Origin: a virus
IMG/VR virus record: IMGVR_UViG_3300027973_000054
Span: 3,189 to 67,188 of that record
Strand: one strand, 5' to 3'
Length of the DNA: 64,000 bases
In this document: piece after piece, positions 10,401 through 20,081 of the stretch
How the letters are laid out: the number at the start of each line of letters is the position of its first letter
How positions within the stretch are numbered: the stretch's first letter is position 1
Program-made: the position numbers and the translations under genes
Notes under the pieces: generated by a model
Seen by the model: the letters and a program-made list of their open reading frames with translations, nothing else
Told to the model about the DNA's origin: nothing
Databases searched by the model: none

Positions 10401-13400
10401 TTATCAGTAATTTGATTTTGAATATTAGTTAAAGCTTCAAGTTTACTATTATCTGGTAGAGCAGAGGCTTGAACTTCTTTGTATTTTTCAATCAATGGTA
10501 AAATTTGATTTACAGATGTTGAAGTATTATTAAATTCATCTTGAAGATTTTGTATATCATTTTTAAGTTTTTCAAGATTAATACCTTCTAATCCCTTAAA
10601 ATATTGAAATATACCTAATCCACCTCCAGCAATTGCACCACCAGCAGCTCCATATGGCCCTAAAGTTGCTCCAGCAGCAGTAAGACTTAAAAATGTACTA
10701 AATGCATCTATACCAACTTGTAGTTTTTTATTTCCTTCGTTAAATTGACTTATCGTTTGAAGAGCTATAGGCAAAACTAAAGACAAGGCTAAACCCGCGC
10801 TACTCAATTTTTCAAATCCTTTTTTTGTATTATCTATTGCAATTGTAGCATTTTTTGCACTTGCTGCATATTGAGATGATCTACTTTGAAGAATTTGATT
10901 AAATCTGTTTTGACTGTCAGCAGCTAATCCATATGTAGAACTTAATTTTTTAAGACTTAAATTAGCCTGATCAATTGTTATTTCTTGAGTTTTTAATTTT
11001 CCTAATATTTTTCCAAATTGCGCTCCAACTTCTCTATTTGCAACTGCTGGATCAAGTGCGCCCAAACCTCCAGGATTAAATGATAATCCTGCAAAATTAG
11101 GAATAAATCCAGCTGCTGCTCCTGCCATTTTAGCTTTTGATCCATATCTTTGAATACCTTGACCAAGACCCTTGGGTTCGTCTTTTGTATTATAGACCCC
11201 CAAACCAAGTGGATTTGCCGAAGATGTTAATCTTGCATCTTTACCGACTCTTATTCTAGAACTAGATGTTCCCGCTGCAATTTCTCTTCCAATTGCATTA
11301 TCTAATGCTGTAAAATTAGGAACAAATCCACCAAAAGCTTTTCTGCTTTTAACTGTACTCCCCTTTTTGTTGATTTGTAACATACCCTCTTCTTTATATA
11401 TTTTATTTGCAAAACTTTGTAAATTACCTTCAGATAATCCACCTTTAAAATCAGCAAGAGAAGTACTAAACCCAAAAAGTGTTTGTAAATGCTTTAAATT
11501 TTTTCCTCCTCTAACGTCAAAATCTCCAAATCCCTTTAGTTGATCTTCTCCAGTATATTTTAGCGCTGTTTTTATTCCAACCTCAAAAGCAGAACCAATT
11601 GCACCACGAACTGCTCCATATGCGCCTTTTTCTCCAGAACGTTGAAACTCTCCAGCTAAAGTTCCTCTGGTTACGCTTTTTCCTAAAGGTTTTAATGTAT
11701 CAATAAAATTACTTGTATTATCTAAAATGCTATTAGTTATACTTGTGCCTAATTTAGCTTTATCATCAGCTGTGTCTCCTTCTATCGCGCTTTTTTTCAT
11801 TCCATAGACTGGAACATTTTTAATTGCAAATTCTGCAGATTTACCTTTTGGTGAAAATGGTCCAGGCAATATTCTCGAAGACCCAATAAATGGTAATAAT
11901 ATACTAGCAATATTACTAACATCTAATTCTTTTCTAGTTGATTTTGCGGCTGCAGATCTTTTTAGAATATTGTCTTTTTCAGCTTCAGACAAAGTTAAAG
12001 GTTTTCCTTGTGAATCTAAACCATATTGAAAAGTTTTAGTTCCTGGAATTCTTTTTAATTGGTTATTTTGGGCAGCTAATCTAACTGCGTCTGCTCTTCC
12101 TAATACAAAATTTGGAATAAATCCATCATTTGCGTAAGGATTAAATCCATGAGCATTAGAAAATTCTTTTTGATAATTTTTTCCAGCCTTACTGCCTTGA
12201 GGTGGCATAATAGCTGGTTGAGTCATTCCTGGAAAATTCTTAACTGTTTCTGCGCTATTATAAGTAACGTTTCCTTGACCTGGAATATTCATTTTTCGAA
12301 TATTTCCTGGCATATATCCTCCAGCTAATGCACCATAGATTTCTTGAGCACTAAAATTAGGAACGAAACCAGCACTTTTTACTTTTAATGATCCACCTTT
12401 AGATGTTACTCCTCGCGTAACTAAATTACCAGCGACAGCAGTTGATATGGTCGCAGCTCTTTCTCTTTCTAATGTTTGAAGTCTGATTACGTCTAGAATT
12501 CTATTTTCTAATTCTAAAACACTAATTTGTTTATTATATATAGCAGCGACTAATCCTGGCTCTTGACTAAGAACTTCATTTATTTTAGCTTGAATTTGAA
12601 CTCTTTGTTCTGCTTGAGTATTTACGGCTAAAAGTGTTTGTAAAGATTGACTAGCAAATTTCCCTAAATTTAATAATAATTTACCAAATACAGCTGTTAT
12701 TAAAATAACTCCTGGACCACTTATAAATGTTCCAATTCCTTCTAATATTCCTTTGCCAATTTTGCCACCAACAGTATCGCTATCAGTAGATAAGGATTCT
12801 AATCCTTTATTTAATAATTCTAAAGTATTTTTAAATGTTGGTCCTAAACTTATTTCCCCAATACTTGAAGAAATACGAGTTAAATTTTGAAACGTTTGAT
12901 TAATTAAAGCTGAAAGAGTTTGATTTAATGCTTCATTTCTTTGAATAGCTTGATCTGTACTATTATTTGCTGTTTGCAATGCTCTGTCGTAAACAGAATA
13001 TTCTTTACCTAAATCTGCTAAAGCTGCTTTTAAAATATTAATTTGAAATATACCACCAACAGTTTCGGCAACTTGAGCTTTTTGTGAATCTGCTAAATTA
13101 TTAAACGTACTGGAAAGATTAGATAGAACTTGAATTGCAGGTAATGTATTTCCTTGTAAATCTCGAACTTTAATTCCTAGATTTTCTAATTGATCAAGAG
13201 TATCTGTTCTTTGTATTCTTGTGAAAATAGTTTTTAAAGAGTTACCAATTACCGCTCCACCTCTAGCTGTAGTTTGTTGAACGCTAGTAACAATTGCTAA
13301 TAATTCATCAAAATCGACTCCTGCATCTGACGCAGATGATCCAACTCGTTTGATAGCTTCTGCAAGATCACCACTACTAACGGCAAAAGCAGCGTCAACA

Positions 13401-13984
13401 TTCGCTAATTTATTAATAATAATTGTTGAATCTAATCCAGCTTTATTAAAGCTATTAATTGTTGCAGTTAAAGCTTCTACAGCACTTACAGTATCAAGTC
13501 CACTAAGACGAGTCAATATTAATGCGTCTTGTGTTCTTTTTAAAGTTTCTTCTAATCCTAAGCCTTGACGAGAAAGCTCAGTAGCAGCTTGAGCAACAAC
13601 ATCAAAACTTTGACCTGTATTCTTTGCGATATCAAATAAACTATTTCCAAATTGATCTAAAGTTTTTGCGCTAACATTTAATATAACATTAATATCAGTT
13701 AATGATTTTTGAACATCTATAGTACTTTTAACCAATGAAGTAAATGCTTTTTCTACGGTATATATTAAACCCGCACTGGCTCCGAATGCGATAACACGAG
13801 CATTTGATGCATCTAATGATTTTTGAAATTCATTAGCAGCGCCACTAATTCTACCTAAAGGTTGAGTAAAAGCTTTTTCATTAAATCCTTTGAATTTAAA
13901 ATCACGAGATAACGCGCTCTGAATATCTCTTTCGAGCTGCCTTGTATCTGCACCTACTGAAATTGTAGCTGAAGTCCTAGCCAT
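7406..13984 (-). CDS. Tape measure protein
   Basis: 2192 aa, helical Ala/Gly/Leu-rich; TP901-type core (ELSRQGL...NSLKTIFTRI); C-terminal DDVPAMLSGGEYVIRKSAV motif; downstream of tail tube and chaperone genes. Confidence 0.9.
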   Translation of the reverse strand: MARTSATISVGADTRQLERDIQSALSRDFKFKGFNEKAFTQPLGRISGAANEFQKSLDASNARVIAFGASAGLIYTVEKAFTSLVKSTIDVQKSLTDINVILNVSAKTLDQFGNSLFDIAKNTGQSFDVVAQAATELSRQGLGLEETLKRTQDALILTRLSGLDTVSAVEALTATINSFNKAGLDSTIIINKLANVDAAFAVSSGDLAEAIKRVGSSASDAGVDFDELLAIVTSVQQTTARGGAVIGNSLKTIFTRIQRTDTLDQLENLGIKVRDLQGNTLPAIQVLSNLSSTFNNLADSQKAQVAETVGGIFQINILKAALADLGKEYSVYDRALQTANNSTDQAIQRNEALNQTLSALINQTFQNLTRISSSIGEISLGPTFKNTLELLNKGLESLSTDSDTVGGKIGKGILEGIGTFISGPGVILITAVFGKLLLNLGKFASQSLQTLLAVNTQAEQRVQIQAKINEVLSQEPGLVAAIYNKQISVLELENRILDVIRLQTLERERAATISTAVAGNLVTRGVTSKGGSLKVKSAGFVPNFSAQEIYGALAGGYMPGNIRKMNIPGQGNVTYNSAETVKNFPGMTQPAIMPPQGSKAGKNYQKEFSNAHGFNPYANDGFIPNFVLGRADAVRLAAQNNQLKRIPGTKTFQYGLDSQGKPLTLSEAEKDNILKRSAAAKSTRKELDVSNIASILLPFIGSSRILPGPFSPKGKSAEFAIKNVPVYGMKKSAIEGDTADDKAKLGTSITNSILDNTSNFIDTLKPLGKSVTRGTLAGEFQRSGEKGAYGAVRGAIGSAFEVGIKTALKYTGEDQLKGFGDFDVRGGKNLKHLQTLFGFSTSLADFKGGLSEGNLQSFANKIYKEEGMLQINKKGSTVKSRKAFGGFVPNFTALDNAIGREIAAGTSSSRIRVGKDARLTSSANPLGLGVYNTKDEPKGLGQGIQRYGSKAKMAGAAAGFIPNFAGLSFNPGGLGALDPAVANREVGAQFGKILGKLKTQEITIDQANLSLKKLSSTYGLAADSQNRFNQILQSRSSQYAASAKNATIAIDNTKKGFEKLSSAGLALSLVLPIALQTISQFNEGNKKLQVGIDAFSTFLSLTAAGATLGPYGAAGGAIAGGGLGIFQYFKGLEGINLEKLKNDIQNLQDEFNNTSTSVNQILPLIEKYKEVQASALPDNSKLEALTNIQNQITDNLGKIGPDFRDAIINAIKNQNYDEVGFIINKALTQKSAQLSNLASQAVFESIKNKTIEDKNAAGGISKALTGLQTPSGKNIIQELATQPGGKEKISAVSEQLGGLYTLRGTLKEKQAKQQSLLNDLADGVGTLFGGDSGLESQQSKKIREEIAQNSVLLKTNLQNILDSVEPLYQATDETRAEFERLSKIAQSVTLSEEAADKVIKDTKQYLDNIRDTQEKVAALLKSGISTVDQYILAFKNGTLNAKDAQEFYKNTFALQNDPLKMLGKSQNDLNMSVATTILNEDSRNKVMKELTIEEDKLRQKLAKRQITEDDYAKALEGLKDKIILQQRRDNKLFAEDFRGGRQTARESRLLSKEGPKLEDFAGAFFDEFDNSAADSYRQAQLGAKDTANTIKSEFNNAFLSFANGTATASDAFTKMALNVSDKIQQLALEFSTNQIFGALFGTTSNIVGGNSGGGGIADFFGSLLKSKGGMIKGYSTGGNVVGGSGNKDDVPAMLSGGEYVIRKSAVNKYGSEYLQMLNEGKVEKRFLGGAMGLAMAGLAQSNPSMFQNIAPVFGVNLGNSKRSNKNVSTNTSPTSSVGMSTRQGDRRDNYFKYGGRVQKFFDGGKLQTFFNSVAVPKAMKMVMPYAVEALNQKKSMNTSNTNTSASASPAAMSRSMYNRESDYFKYGGGVQRFASGGEAQFLGANSYRYNDPLYPTAGENVIDPRLSLQAIIDPNNPQNKIRQEREQSLYDYLNYVEGVRLENERALQENIALNKKIQDEYNQQKRARSRGAYMSFGLGVAGAAASQFSSMGGFKSIFGAGSPLGSQEVRRATAVNDVNLRSAYGSSAYTPTQPTPYSGGRLKLGKASGGYIQGFANGGSSGKDDIPALLMGGEFVMRKEAVNMYGKKFFDDLNSGRAKKFADGGQVGSIDGAGSSSYSPTNNVSVVVNLNQEAAPNQNTNENVSNVNDEKRAEAQRTKDLAERVKAQVIRVITEQQRPGGLLSSAVYKKQN

Positions 13985-14007
13985 GCCTTATTCCTTTACT
14001 ATAAAGA

Positions 14008-14014
14008 ATTACAC
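14008..14014 (-). promoter_or_regulatory. GTGTAAT putative late promoter (tape measure)
   Basis: Motif 23 nt before ATG, AAGGA SD between. Confidence 0.7.
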
Positions 14015-14045
14015 GAAATATTATTAATTATGATAGTATTCGATA

Positions 14046-15056
14046 CTAAGTTCCATGCATCTTCATTAAGTCTTCCATTGTCAAAACTCCACCTTTTTTC
14101 TCAGCTTCTTTATGCAAACTTATACCATTTTCATCTTTACCTATCTTAGCTAGGTCTTCTTTTTTAGCTCCTACTATAGACGTAGCAATTGCACCATCCG
14201 TTTTCTTTTTATTATTTTCATTTTTACTTAATACTTCTTCTACATTTTTACTACTTTCTAACCATTCAATAAGCTTTTCTGGATCCTCGTAATATTCATC
14301 TGTTGGCTTATGTTTAGCTTCAGATAATGCATTTTTAAAGTATCTAGCGTATCCAAATACTTCCATTTGATAGAATGTTAAATATATAATTGGTTTTCCG
14401 TATAAATTATAAGCACTTTCATCGCAAAGATTAAATAAACTAAGATAATATGAGGAAAGAGCTATTTTTTTAAGATTAGTTTCTATGAAATTTTTATTTA
14501 TAGTATTATATATATTCAATACTTCTGATATCTCTTTATTTTCTAGTTCATCAAATTCTATTTCAGAAAAATATCTATCTTTTAAATCTTTGTCTTTAAA
14601 CAAAGAATTAAACATATAATATTCATTAATTTTTTTATTGGCATAGTCTTCTGCAGTAAACCCTAGAAGATCTTTTCTTTCTACTGTTAAATTAATTAAT
14701 TCTAATTTTTTCTCATCAATCTGCCTATTCAATTCATTAATATCATCACTTTTAAATAACTTAGATTTAGTTTGTTTAAGAGTAGATATATCAGATTTTA
14801 ATTTTTTAATTTTTTCATTATTTTCTTTTGACCAAAGATTTTCTGAAATCAAGTATTCTTCTTTTTGATCTTCTGTAGGAAGACCATTCTTTTTAGCTTT
14901 TTCTAAAAACTCTTGTTTTAAATGATCTATATCACCAGAATCAAAACTAGTGTTATGTTTAAAATATAATTTATCGTTTTTGTAATAAGATACGGAATAA
15001 CCTTTTAATATATCAATAAACAAAAGTCTTAATTTGTTTTTGTCTAAAGTTTGCAA
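14046..15056 (-). CDS. Hypothetical protein, probable tail assembly chaperone
   Basis: Charged helical protein directly upstream of tape measure; TTG start 7 nt after AAGGA. Confidence 0.5.
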   Translation of the reverse strand: MQTLDKNKLRLLFIDILKGYSVSYYKNDKLYFKHNTSFDSGDIDHLKQEFLEKAKKNGLPTEDQKEEYLISENLWSKENNEKIKKLKSDISTLKQTKSKLFKSDDINELNRQIDEKKLELINLTVERKDLLGFTAEDYANKKINEYYMFNSLFKDKDLKDRYFSEIEFDELENKEISEVLNIYNTINKNFIETNLKKIALSSYYLSLFNLCDESAYNLYGKPIIYLTFYQMEVFGYARYFKNALSEAKHKPTDEYYEDPEKLIEWLESSKNVEEVLSKNENNKKKTDGAIATSIVGAKKEDLAKIGKDENGISLHKEAEKKGGVLTMEDLMKMHGT

Positions 15057-15072
15057 TCATTATTCCTTTTTA

Positions 15073-15825
15073 TTACTTTGCTTCGTTAGTTTTTAATCCA
15101 TCAAGAAGTTTTTCAAATTCTTCTTGAGATGCAGCTCTACCAATATACCAAAAGCTGATCAAATAAAGAAGTTTTTGTATAGCAATTTTTTCTATTCCAG
15201 ATTCAGCCTCTTCAATTTCATCATATCTTTTAAGTTTATCTTCATAACTTCCATCTTGAAATAGTTCTTTGAATTTTTTATCATCTCCTTGAATAAGACT
15301 AAGTTGAAGAACCCACCACATAATAGTTTTATTTCTTGCTCTATTCTCCGCTGTTTGTTCGAAAAGATTAGCTTGCGCCATTTCATACCTTTGAAGTCTT
15401 TCTCTTGCGAGATTCATTTTTTCAATAACATTTTGAATTTGCTTCTTCTCTTCATCCGTTCTTAATACCTCTTCTTTTATAGATAATCTTTGAAATTCGG
15501 TTTGTAAATTAAAAAACTCTAGATATAAATCATTATATTCTTTTTGCTCTTCATCGCTTAAGACTCCACCATCATTATTAAATCTTTTAGCTAATAGAGC
15601 GCGAGTTAATAGCCCAGCCTTGATGCCTTCTGAAAGCCTAACTCCATAAAATAATTCAGCTTCATCAAACAAACTTCTTGTTGGTTTTTTAATAGCTAAT
15701 TTAACTGGAACAGTACTTTTAACTTTGGAAGTAACTTTTACTTCTTCGCCTTTTTCATTAGTAGAAATATCTACTTTTTCAATTTCTTTCTCTTGAAAGA
15801 TATCAAATTCAAACATTGTTTTCAT
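15073..15825 (-). CDS. Hypothetical protein, probable tail assembly chaperone
   Basis: Coiled-coil protein between tail tube and tape measure. Confidence 0.5.
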   Translation of the reverse strand: MKTMFEFDIFQEKEIEKVDISTNEKGEEVKVTSKVKSTVPVKLAIKKPTRSLFDEAELFYGVRLSEGIKAGLLTRALLAKRFNNDGGVLSDEEQKEYNDLYLEFFNLQTEFQRLSIKEEVLRTDEEKKQIQNVIEKMNLARERLQRYEMAQANLFEQTAENRARNKTIMWWVLQLSLIQGDDKKFKELFQDGSYEDKLKRYDEIEEAESGIEKIAIQKLLYLISFWYIGRAASQEEFEKLLDGLKTNEAK

Positions 15826-16097
15826 ATTTTTTCTCCATTATTATTAATTAAATCTTGTAAATAGCTTTTAATTTTACCATAGTAAACTACTCCGCCAATT
15901 GTTTTAATAAATTGATGTTTTTTGTTATCATCCCAGTTTTGATAATTTTTAATAAAGTTAGGATTTCTAAATGTTGTTAGACTTGGCTTTAAAATTCCAA
16001 AGTTATCTTTTAAGCTTTTTTGTATACTTTGCACAGAAAGATTTCCTTCAATTATCTCATCTATAGGAAAATTATAATTTAATTTTTTGGTTTTCAT
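15822..16097 (-). CDS. Hypothetical protein
   Basis: ATGA overlaps with both neighbours. Confidence 0.6.
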   Translation of the reverse strand: MKTKKLNYNFPIDEIIEGNLSVQSIQKSLKDNFGILKPSLTTFRNPNFIKNYQNWDDNKKHQFIKTIGGVVYYGKIKSYLQDLINNNGEKI

Positions 16098-16318
16098 TTT
16101 AGTGTTATATTGATTTTACTGAAATTTTCTTCTATTTCTCGTACTGCGTCATTGGCATTATCAAGGATTCTTTTGCGTATTTTTTGATAAGTTTCATCAT
16201 TTATATTATAGCCAGAATCACCTAAATCTTCAAGAATAAAAAAGAAATTTTTATATATATTTGTAATCTTTCTCTTTATCTGAAAAAGAGTCATGTCTTT
16301 TATAGGATCGTTTTCCAT
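16094..16318 (-). CDS. Hypothetical protein
   Basis: First gene after motif at 16357; ATGA-coupled to next gene. Confidence 0.6.
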   Translation of the reverse strand: MENDPIKDMTLFQIKRKITNIYKNFFFILEDLGDSGYNINDETYQKIRKRILDNANDAVREIEENFSKINITLK

Positions 16319-16356
16319 AATCTTTTACCTTTTATCTAACCCTTACCTTAACTTCA

Positions 16357-16363
16357 ATTACAC
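16357..16363 (-). promoter_or_regulatory. GTGTAAT putative late promoter abutting a terminator
   Basis: Motif starts immediately after the terminator T-tract. Confidence 0.7.
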
Positions 16364-16399
16364 AAAAAATAACCCCCACGAGAACGTGAGGGTTATTTT
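16364..16399 (-). terminator. Intrinsic terminator after major tail protein
   Basis: Minus strand AAAATAACCCTCACG-TTCT-CGTGGGGGTTATTTTTT. Confidence 0.85.
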
Positions 16400-16423
16400 A
16401 TAATTTAATTTATGTATTATTTA

Positions 16424-17572
16424 TTAATATTGTCCGTTGATAAATAATCCATTAGCTGTGTCTTGAGGACCACCAACTTGAGCACTGAATGTAAGGGTAA
16501 CAGATTTATTGCTACCGATATCAGAACTATATTCTTGACTATCTAATTTTGCACCCTTAAGGATGAATTTTGCCATAGTTAGAGTAGAGTCAGATGGACT
16601 TTTGATTGTGATTGATGGATTATATTTGGCTGAATCATCAACTACAAGATTTGCTAAATTTCCTGCATTCATGGTTGTGACTTGAGCATCAACACTTAAT
16701 GTTACTGTTAATGGGAAGTCAATTTCTCTTGTAAATGCAAATTTATTTCCTAATCTTTGAATTGGTGTACGACCTAGATCAAAGCTCAATGTATAACTTT
16801 GAATGTTCATTGTATCAACATCAACTCCACTAGCCAATGTATTACTTAATGATAATGTAATATCTCCTGGGCGTAGAGCACTAATTGCGTTTCCACTTCC
16901 AATTCCGACATTTTGAACAGCTTGGGCCAATTGATAATAATTTGTTAAAGCTGATCCATCTGTAGGATTAACTGCTGGAATATAATTTCCACTAATTCCA
17001 TTTTGAAAATTCATATTCAAACCTTCGACATTAATAGTTGTTGTTGGGAAATTGCCAACAGAACCTTCTGTTGAATATGATGTTAAGAATGCATTACCGA
17101 TTCCAATAACTCCGTTATTTCCAGAAGAACTATCTGTATATCCTACTGTGTCTGTACCTTCTGGAGTTGTGCGGATAAAATAATTTCTTTCATCTGAAGT
17201 TTTATTCAAGAATCCAGAGATAGCAGAAATAGCAGAATCACTACTTCCAGAAGCAATTGTGAATCCTAGAATATTTTCGTTAGAAAGATTTGAGTTAATA
17301 TAACTAAAATCCAATGAAACAGTTGGGTTTGTTAAAATTACACGATCAATAGCCGCTAATTGTCCGAATTGATTAACATCTGTGCGATCTATTGTAAAGC
17401 TATAATTAGCTGTTTGAATTCTTTGTAGCTGTTTAACTAGATTAGTGCTTGCATTTGGTACGTTACTATTTCCACCGATTCCAGGTGTGTATGTTCCATA
17501 ATGATAACCTGTTGCTGGAGCTGGTCCAGCATAAACAGCTTCTGATTGATAAATTATACGATTTCTTGCCAT
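16424..17572 (-). CDS. Major tail (tube) protein
   Basis: Beta-rich 382 aa between neck genes and chaperones; own promoter, GGAG SD and terminator as expected for a high-copy protein. Confidence 0.75.
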   Translation of the reverse strand: MARNRIIYQSEAVYAGPAPATGYHYGTYTPGIGGNSNVPNASTNLVKQLQRIQTANYSFTIDRTDVNQFGQLAAIDRVILTNPTVSLDFSYINSNLSNENILGFTIASGSSDSAISAISGFLNKTSDERNYFIRTTPEGTDTVGYTDSSSGNNGVIGIGNAFLTSYSTEGSVGNFPTTTINVEGLNMNFQNGISGNYIPAVNPTDGSALTNYYQLAQAVQNVGIGSGNAISALRPGDITLSLSNTLASGVDVDTMNIQSYTLSFDLGRTPIQRLGNKFAFTREIDFPLTVTLSVDAQVTTMNAGNLANLVVDDSAKYNPSITIKSPSDSTLTMAKFILKGAKLDSQEYSSDIGSNKSVTLTFSAQVGGPQDTANGLFINGQY

Positions 17573-17596
17573 ATTAGTGTTTCTCCATTTATTGTT

Positions 17597-17603
17597 ATTA
17601 CAC
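17597..17603 (-). promoter_or_regulatory. GTGTAAT putative late promoter with upstream A-tracts
   Basis: 24 nt before ATG; A-tracts at 17607-17630 resemble an UP element. Confidence 0.7.
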
Positions 17604-17629
17604 TGATTTTTTTATTTTTTCTACTTTTT

Positions 17630-18499
17630 TTATTGTCTTGGATATCTATTTTTTACTACTTCAAAATCAACAAAAGCAGAGTATACATTTCTATTTAAGC
17701 TATTGGTAGCATTAAGTAGTCTTGTGTCAGTTTTAGTAACATTTACTTCATTAATATACAGATAATCATCAGTATTAGCTTTATTTGCTGTATATTTAAT
17801 GTAATTAAAATTATTACCTGAAACACTTACTGATCCTAATGAATTAAAAGGCATTTCATTTGGATATATTAATGGTATTAATTCGCGACTAGTATCTCTC
17901 ATTATACTTGTTACAGCATCAAGGCTAAATACGCTATCAGATAATATAACAGCTCGAACATTACCTATCGTTTGATCAAAACCTCCAAAAGCAAGAGGTT
18001 TATTTTTACCACCTTGATATTTTAAATATATAACAGGATATGTTTCAGAGCCAATTGGCAATCCTGTAGGATTTTGATATGTTTTAGGATTAATTTGATA
18101 TTGTGTTTCAAATAATAAATTTTCTTCTGTTTTGCTGGTTAAGTATATATTGTAATCTTTAACAGCATAATTACCGCTTAAAGCTGTAGTAGGATTGTTT
18201 ATAGGCTGACTAAAATATAACTGACCTTCTGTAGCATTAATTCCACTTAAATAGTTTTGCCCAGGAATTGTAAAAACTCCATTAATATATACTCCACTTA
18301 TAATATTTGCACCACTTATAGAAGAATCTATAACCATTTGCTTTAATGGTGCGCCATAAGTATAATATCCATATATCATATTTGAAAGTGGGTAAAAGAC
18401 GCTTTGGTAATTAGTATAAGCCTGACCATTAGTTACTATTTTATTATCTAACCAAAGCAACATGCTAGTCATTAAAATATTATCAAATTGTGGAATCAT
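17630..18499 (-). CDS. Probable tail terminator/completion protein
   Basis: Directly upstream of tube gene; YPVIYL...GG motif. Confidence 0.5.
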   Translation of the reverse strand: MIPQFDNILMTSMLLWLDNKIVTNGQAYTNYQSVFYPLSNMIYGYYTYGAPLKQMVIDSSISGANIISGVYINGVFTIPGQNYLSGINATEGQLYFSQPINNPTTALSGNYAVKDYNIYLTSKTEENLLFETQYQINPKTYQNPTGLPIGSETYPVIYLKYQGGKNKPLAFGGFDQTIGNVRAVILSDSVFSLDAVTSIMRDTSRELIPLIYPNEMPFNSLGSVSVSGNNFNYIKYTANKANTDDYLYINEVNVTKTDTRLLNATNSLNRNVYSAFVDFEVVKNRYPRQ

Positions 18500-18500
18500 T

Positions 18501-19091
18501 TTATTTTAAATTCTTTATAAATTTTGCATAAAGCTCACTCATATATTTTACTGGTCTATATGCAGCAACTCTAACTTTATTTTTAGATTGAATTCCTCTT
18601 CCAGATCTACTAGCTGGAAATACTAACCCATAAACATAATATCCAAATCCAGAAATACCATCTTCGACACCCTTTATCCAGCTTCTTCCTCGTTCGAATG
18701 GAAGGGGTGTTTGAGATTTTATTTCATCTAAAGAAGGAGTAAATACATTAAATTTTAATTGAAAAGTTTTTCTATCAAAAGTTGAGTTCTTATCTAAAAA
18801 TGTATTTCGTTTAATTAACGTAGTAAGATCATCAACTGGCTTATCTTCGCTATCAAACCCAATAAATGCAAAAAGATTTTCTTTTCCATTTAGAGTATTA
18901 CTAATATTTTCTCCATCTGGACCACTATCTAGCTCTTTGGATACTGGATGATCTTGTATCTCGTTTATATATTGATCTAGATTTTCTTTTAAAATTTCTT
19001 GAGCAAAAATAACTGCTTCTTTTTTTAAAGCTGCTTCATATGAACTTGATATTTCTTCTTTAACTTGATTGAAATTAATTTTAGCAGCCAT
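18501..19091 (-). CDS. Probable neck/tail completion protein
   Basis: Synteny in head-tail block; ATG 19091 preferred as start. Confidence 0.45.
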   Translation of the reverse strand: MAAKINFNQVKEEISSSYEAALKKEAVIFAQEILKENLDQYINEIQDHPVSKELDSGPDGENISNTLNGKENLFAFIGFDSEDKPVDDLTTLIKRNTFLDKNSTFDRKTFQLKFNVFTPSLDEIKSQTPLPFERGRSWIKGVEDGISGFGYYVYGLVFPASRSGRGIQSKNKVRVAAYRPVKYMSELYAKFIKNLK

Positions 19092-19092
19092 A

Positions 19093-19533
19093 TTATTTTG
19101 TTTGCTCCAATCCATATACATAGTATGTATTATTTAAATATTTTTTAATAATATCTTCTGTGATAACATTCCAAGTTTTTCCATCAAATTCAAGTTTTAT
19201 AGTTCTTCCATTTGCAATAAAGTCTCTTGCGTCTTGTCTAACTTTTAAAGTAACATCTCCTCTTGCAAAAACTAATTTTAAATCACTATTAACTGCATCT
19301 ACATCTCTAGAATTATTATAAAAAATTCTTCCATTAAAAATTCCAGTTACAGGAATATAAGTAAAATTTACTGCATCCGAACTAGATCCATAACCATATA
19401 ATGGCGCACTTTGAATTTGATCTACTATTCTTATTGGTTCTTTATGGACAATAAAAGATCTAGAGAAATAAGTAAAAAAATCGTCATAATCTTGCGAAAA
19501 TTCTGCCGCAGTTGTTGAGTTTATAAAGCTCAT
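19093..19533 (-). CDS. Probable head-closure (stopper) protein
   Basis: Small beta protein (KLEFDGKTWNV) in head-tail joining position. Confidence 0.45.
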   Translation of the reverse strand: MSFINSTTAAEFSQDYDDFFTYFSRSFIVHKEPIRIVDQIQSAPLYGYGSSSDAVNFTYIPVTGIFNGRIFYNNSRDVDAVNSDLKLVFARGDVTLKVRQDARDFIANGRTIKLEFDGKTWNVITEDIIKKYLNNTYYVYGLEQTK

Positions 19534-19537
19534 AAAA

Positions 19538-20050
19538 TTATGCTGAATACCAAATTGTTCTTATATTATAAAATGCATTTCTATAAAGTGGATCATAAAC
19601 CCCTGGAATAGTATCGTCTCCAGCGACTTGAAGTGGGAAACTATTATTACCCTTATATTGACTTACTAAATCTTTTAATTCATCATACTCTTGTTTCCTA
19701 ACTGATATGTAGCTTTTTAAGATTTCATTTTTGTTAGCTTTTTGAACGCTACCAATATCGTCTTTAATTGTAATAAAATCTGTTGCTGCTAAACTTCCTG
19801 TACTTTTGATTCTAAGGTCAAAAAAATATACAGAATACATTTTTTTGAATATATATTTTTCCATATCAGATAAATTAGGAGATATTTCTAGACTTGAGCT
19901 ATCTACTGAAAAAGTAGCATTAATCATATTATTTAAGCCACCAATATTTCTTCTTACCCAAGCAGCTATAGCCGCTATACTAAGGTCACTAGGCTCACCC
20001 AATTCTTCATATATTTCTTGGGCAATAGAGGTTACACTATTTATTATCAT
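19538..20050 (-). CDS. Probable head-tail adaptor
   Basis: Helical 170-aa protein, first of neck block. Confidence 0.45.
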   Translation of the reverse strand: MIINSVTSIAQEIYEELGEPSDLSIAAIAAWVRRNIGGLNNMINATFSVDSSSLEISPNLSDMEKYIFKKMYSVYFFDLRIKSTGSLAATDFITIKDDIGSVQKANKNEILKSYISVRKQEYDELKDLVSQYKGNNSFPLQVAGDDTIPGVYDPLYRNAFYNIRTIWYSA

Positions 20051-20057
20051 ACCCTAA

Positions 20058-20064
20058 ATTACAC
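20058..20064 (-). promoter_or_regulatory. GTGTAAT putative late promoter
   Basis: 7 nt before ATG 20050. Confidence 0.7.
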
Positions 20065-20081
20065 TTTAAATTATTTAAATT

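Noticed and set aside
14034-14048. TAGTAT-CGA-ATACTA hairpin as a terminator
   Set aside because: AT-rich stem and no T-tract; too weak to call
15040-15110. Lambda G/GT-type frameshift between the tail chaperone genes
   Set aside because: No slippery heptamer at the end of 15073-15825; double stop and a separate SD/TTG start
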